From Vezdaea acicularis (Eukaryota), in assembly GCA_026025075.1 (NCBI GenBank), contig JAPEUI010000107.1, positions 1 through 53,115 on the forward strand: a DNA stretch of 53,115 nucleotides, written 5' to 3'. A program made the position numbers and the translations under genes. Below, one piece after another: positions 50,521 through 53,115 of this stretch (within the stretch, counting starts at the first letter, position 1; the number at the start of each line of letters is the position of its first letter). A model generated the notes under the pieces. It had not been told where the DNA came from and searched no databases. It was given only the letters and a program-made list of their open reading frames with translations.

Positions 50521-50557
50521 GCAGAGATGAGCAGAGATGACAGAGATGAGCAAGATG
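50521..50557. repeat. Short tandem repeat (GCAGAGATGA) x ~4, degenerate
   Basis: gcagagatga gcagagatga cagagatga gcaagatg. Confidence 0.7.
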
Positions 50558-51379
50558 TTGTGCGTCCACGCACACCACCCGCAACGACCGAGCGAAATGA
50601 ACGAGCGTGAGAGAGAAAAGGGAAAAGGAAGAACGGACAGGCGGAAAAGAAGAGTGAAAAGCGGCGACGAGAGGGTCGCCAGGGTCGCGCTGCCGTTGGC
50701 CGGGCGGTGCGCCCAGCGTGCGGCCAGCGTGCGCCATGTGCTGGGGGCCCGGCGAGTCACGGATTCGATAGCGCAACCGAAGCAGCGAGCGCCGCCGGCG
50801 GGGTCTGGACGAGAAAAGCAGCAATAGAGCAGCGAGCGCCTTGTCCCGTCCTCCCTCACCCCATCACCCCCCCTGTCGTCCCAATCAATAATGGACTGTC
50901 CGCATGGGGGACGTCCCTCCGCGAAGAAAAGCCCTGCCCGCCCCCCGTCCCCGTCCTCCTCAACGCTGCCCCGTCGAGCGTCCGTACTCATCACGACAGC
51001 TGGCCGAAGCTTCACGACAAGGACACTGGGACACCGAGAGAGGAGGCCGCAATTGCTCCAACTGCCCGTCGCGCATTCGAAAGCCTCACTCGCCCCGTCG
51101 TCCGCTTCGTCTCACCGTGGACGCCCGAACTTCCCGCAGCCTCACCAGGAGCAAACTCACGACCCGACGGCATCACGACAGGAGCAGATTCGAAAAGGCC
51201 AATCCCTCAGCCAGACTCACGGCCGACGAGGACTGTTTCTGTCCAACAAACCTCCCGACATCGACGACCGTCGGAGCAGGCGACCTTTTCCGCGACGATC
51301 CCAGGGCGACCGTCGCAGCCGTCCGATTGCGATGCTGGAAGTTGAATAGGGACGCGAACCTCCGAGAGCACCGGCGAGC

Positions 51380-52705
51380 ATGTCAAGCTACGATCACAAC
51401 TCGGTGGATTCTTCCATCGACCATCCTTCCCTACCCCCACGATGCACCACCGCCGCCAGACCGACTAGCGAGCCCTTCCCTCTCGCGGTCCTCAAACAGG
51501 CCCCGGCCTCCCCTTCGTCGCACCATATCAGACCTCGTCCCGGCCGCCGGCGTTCGCAGCAAGCATCTTCGACGACGCCCGTTTCGAGATCTCTCCACCT
51601 CTCCAGCTCGATCTTTTCCGTCTGGCTGCTGCTATGTTGCTTCTGCACCGTCGCCGCCGCCGCCGAAAGGCCAAATCGCCAAGAGGGATATCTGCTCGGC
51701 TCGACCCTCGACAAGCTCGCCCGCCGAGGAGAGATCCTCGTCGACCGCAGCCCTCCACCGACCATGGCGGACATTCAACGGAGACAGGGCTCACCATTCC
51801 AGAGCAGCGGGAGCGGATCGACTCGTTCGACCGTCACGTTGTCGACGTCCGGCTCCAGGCAAGCTCCTGCGGCATCATCTTCATCGGGGGGCGAGACGAC
51901 TCTGACCGCATCGCCCTCATCGAGCACCGCCGCCGCGAGCTCTTCGATAGCTACAAGCACTTCTAGTGCCACTCCCGTGCCACCGCCTTCACCCTTCGAC
52001 ACCTCGCTCGGAAACAACTTCACCACCTCGTCGTGTCCACAGTACTTTCAGATGTTCCTCGGTGCCGCCGACTTCAAAGCGTGCCTTCCCTTCTCCCTTC
52101 TCCTGCAGAACAGCAATTCTTTCTTCCAAGCCGAGAAATCCCTCGTCACCGTCAGCCAAGCGCTTGACGCAACCTGTGCCGCCAATGTCACTTCTTGCAA
52201 AGACGTCATGCAGACCTACGCTCGTGGGCTCCGCGCCGACACGGGCTGTGGCGCCGACTTTGGGTTGCAGAATCCGTTGGTCCTGCAAGCGTACAACGGC
52301 TTCACGGCATACGAACCGCTCTATTACGCGGGCTGCCTCAAGTCGACGAGCAACGGCAACAACTACTGCTTTGCCAATGCCGTCACCAACACATCCAGCC
52401 CGACCGATCCGTATGTATATTATCTACCTCTCGGCATCAATCTCCCCGGCGGGAGCCGGCCGACGTGCGACGAGTGCCTGGTCAATACCATGCACATCTT
52501 CCAGCAGGCGGCCGGCAACTCCAGCCAGCCCGCGAGCGGCACCTACGTCCCGGCCGCCCAGCAGATCGACCTCTCCTGCGGTCCGACCTTCGTCAACACC
52601 AGCGTCCCCCTCATCAGCGGGGCCTCGACCCTCTTCTCTCAAAACACCTTCCTCACCACCAGCCTGACCGTCCTCGTCACGGTCCTACTCGGATTCGTCC
52701 TCTAA
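51380..52705 (+). CDS. Conserved fungal Cys-rich extracellular, membrane/GPI-anchored protein (resembles DUF7729 family, from recall)
   Basis: 441 aa ORF with a hydrophobic segment SIFSVWLLLCCFCTVAAA, Ser/Thr-rich stalk, domain FDTSLGNNFTTSSCP...CLPFSLLLQNS...YCFANA...YYLPLG...CGPTFVN and a hydrophobic C-terminus. Confidence 0.85.
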   Translation: MSSYDHNSVDSSIDHPSLPPRCTTAARPTSEPFPLAVLKQAPASPSSHHIRPRPGRRRSQQASSTTPVSRSLHLSSSIFSVWLLLCCFCTVAAAAERPNRQEGYLLGSTLDKLARRGEILVDRSPPPTMADIQRRQGSPFQSSGSGSTRSTVTLSTSGSRQAPAASSSSGGETTLTASPSSSTAAASSSIATSTSSATPVPPPSPFDTSLGNNFTTSSCPQYFQMFLGAADFKACLPFSLLLQNSNSFFQAEKSLVTVSQALDATCAANVTSCKDVMQTYARGLRADTGCGADFGLQNPLVLQAYNGFTAYEPLYYAGCLKSTSNGNNYCFANAVTNTSSPTDPYVYYLPLGINLPGGSRPTCDECLVNTMHIFQQAAGNSSQPASGTYVPAAQQIDLSCGPTFVNTSVPLISGASTLFSQNTFLTTSLTVLVTVLLGFVL

Positions 52706-53115
52706 GATACCATTTACGTTCTTAATGACCCCACCAATCTACTCCATTTACGTCTTTATAATCTTTTGCACCACCACCACCATCATCAGCAGCAGCATCT
52801 ACTTCTTTGTATCTAAACCCCTTTTTCAGCCGGTGTGCTTTAAACCCCACCACCACGAAAGCGATTCGTTTCTCCTTTGTCGATAAGCAACCACCCCAGC
52901 AGCATTTGGCTGGGGGAGGGGGCAACCAAGCGTCCGGGGCGGCCCGCATGGGATATGCGTGGCAGGATGGGGGCATCTTTTTCACTCGAAACTCGGGACG
53001 GATTCTTGGATGGCGCGAATCGGCGCCCCTTTTTCTTTCTCTTCTTCTGGTTCTGACTAGCATAGAGTAGCGTAGAGATGTGGATCAAAAAATTCGAGGG
53101 GCCGTTTTGCATATA

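Noticed and set aside
49249..51905. Many overlapping 100-330 aa ORFs on both strands
   Set aside because: Expected in GC-rich, stop-poor DNA; Arg/Pro/Ala-rich low-complexity translations with no motifs; only the 51380 ORF looks genuine
52769..52800. (CAC)n(CAT)n(CAG)n microsatellite and minus-strand ORF 52722-53063
   Set aside because: Ordinary 3' UTR simple repeat; the ORF has no coding hallmarks
1..53115. tRNA, rRNA, snRNA, CRISPR arrays or autonomous transposase/retroelement genes
   Set aside because: No such signatures were seen by eye; a covariance-model search would be needed to exclude small ncRNAs

Overview
Gene-dense, intron-containing genomic DNA from a filamentous ascomycete (GT-AG introns with CTRAC/CTAA branch sites). 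Most of the window is conserved housekeeping genes: RIT1, RPL25, BMT2, an AVT1-like transporter, a SUR1/CSH1 MIPC synthase, PET127, a PH/LRR protein, TRS120, a flavin oxidoreductase, GSH2, a sacsin-like GHKL ATPase, ClpP, TAF5, MED11 and a Cys-rich membrane-anchored protein. An accessory island at about 9.3-13.3 kb holds two convergent, divergent-paralogue secreted proteins. They share a six-cysteine domain (LxCxGxxP...FxxLxxLC...GFYC...CxxxCxC), one has a basic AT-hook-like tail, and a 233-bp MITE with 49-bp TIRs lies between them. Other notable items are nine PacC/Rim101-type GCCAAG sites within 311 bp next to a small signal-peptide ORF, an intron-split Cys-rich zinc-finger-like gene not shown by the ORF track, and a decayed orphan pseudogene. 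All family calls come from motif recognition only; no searches were run.
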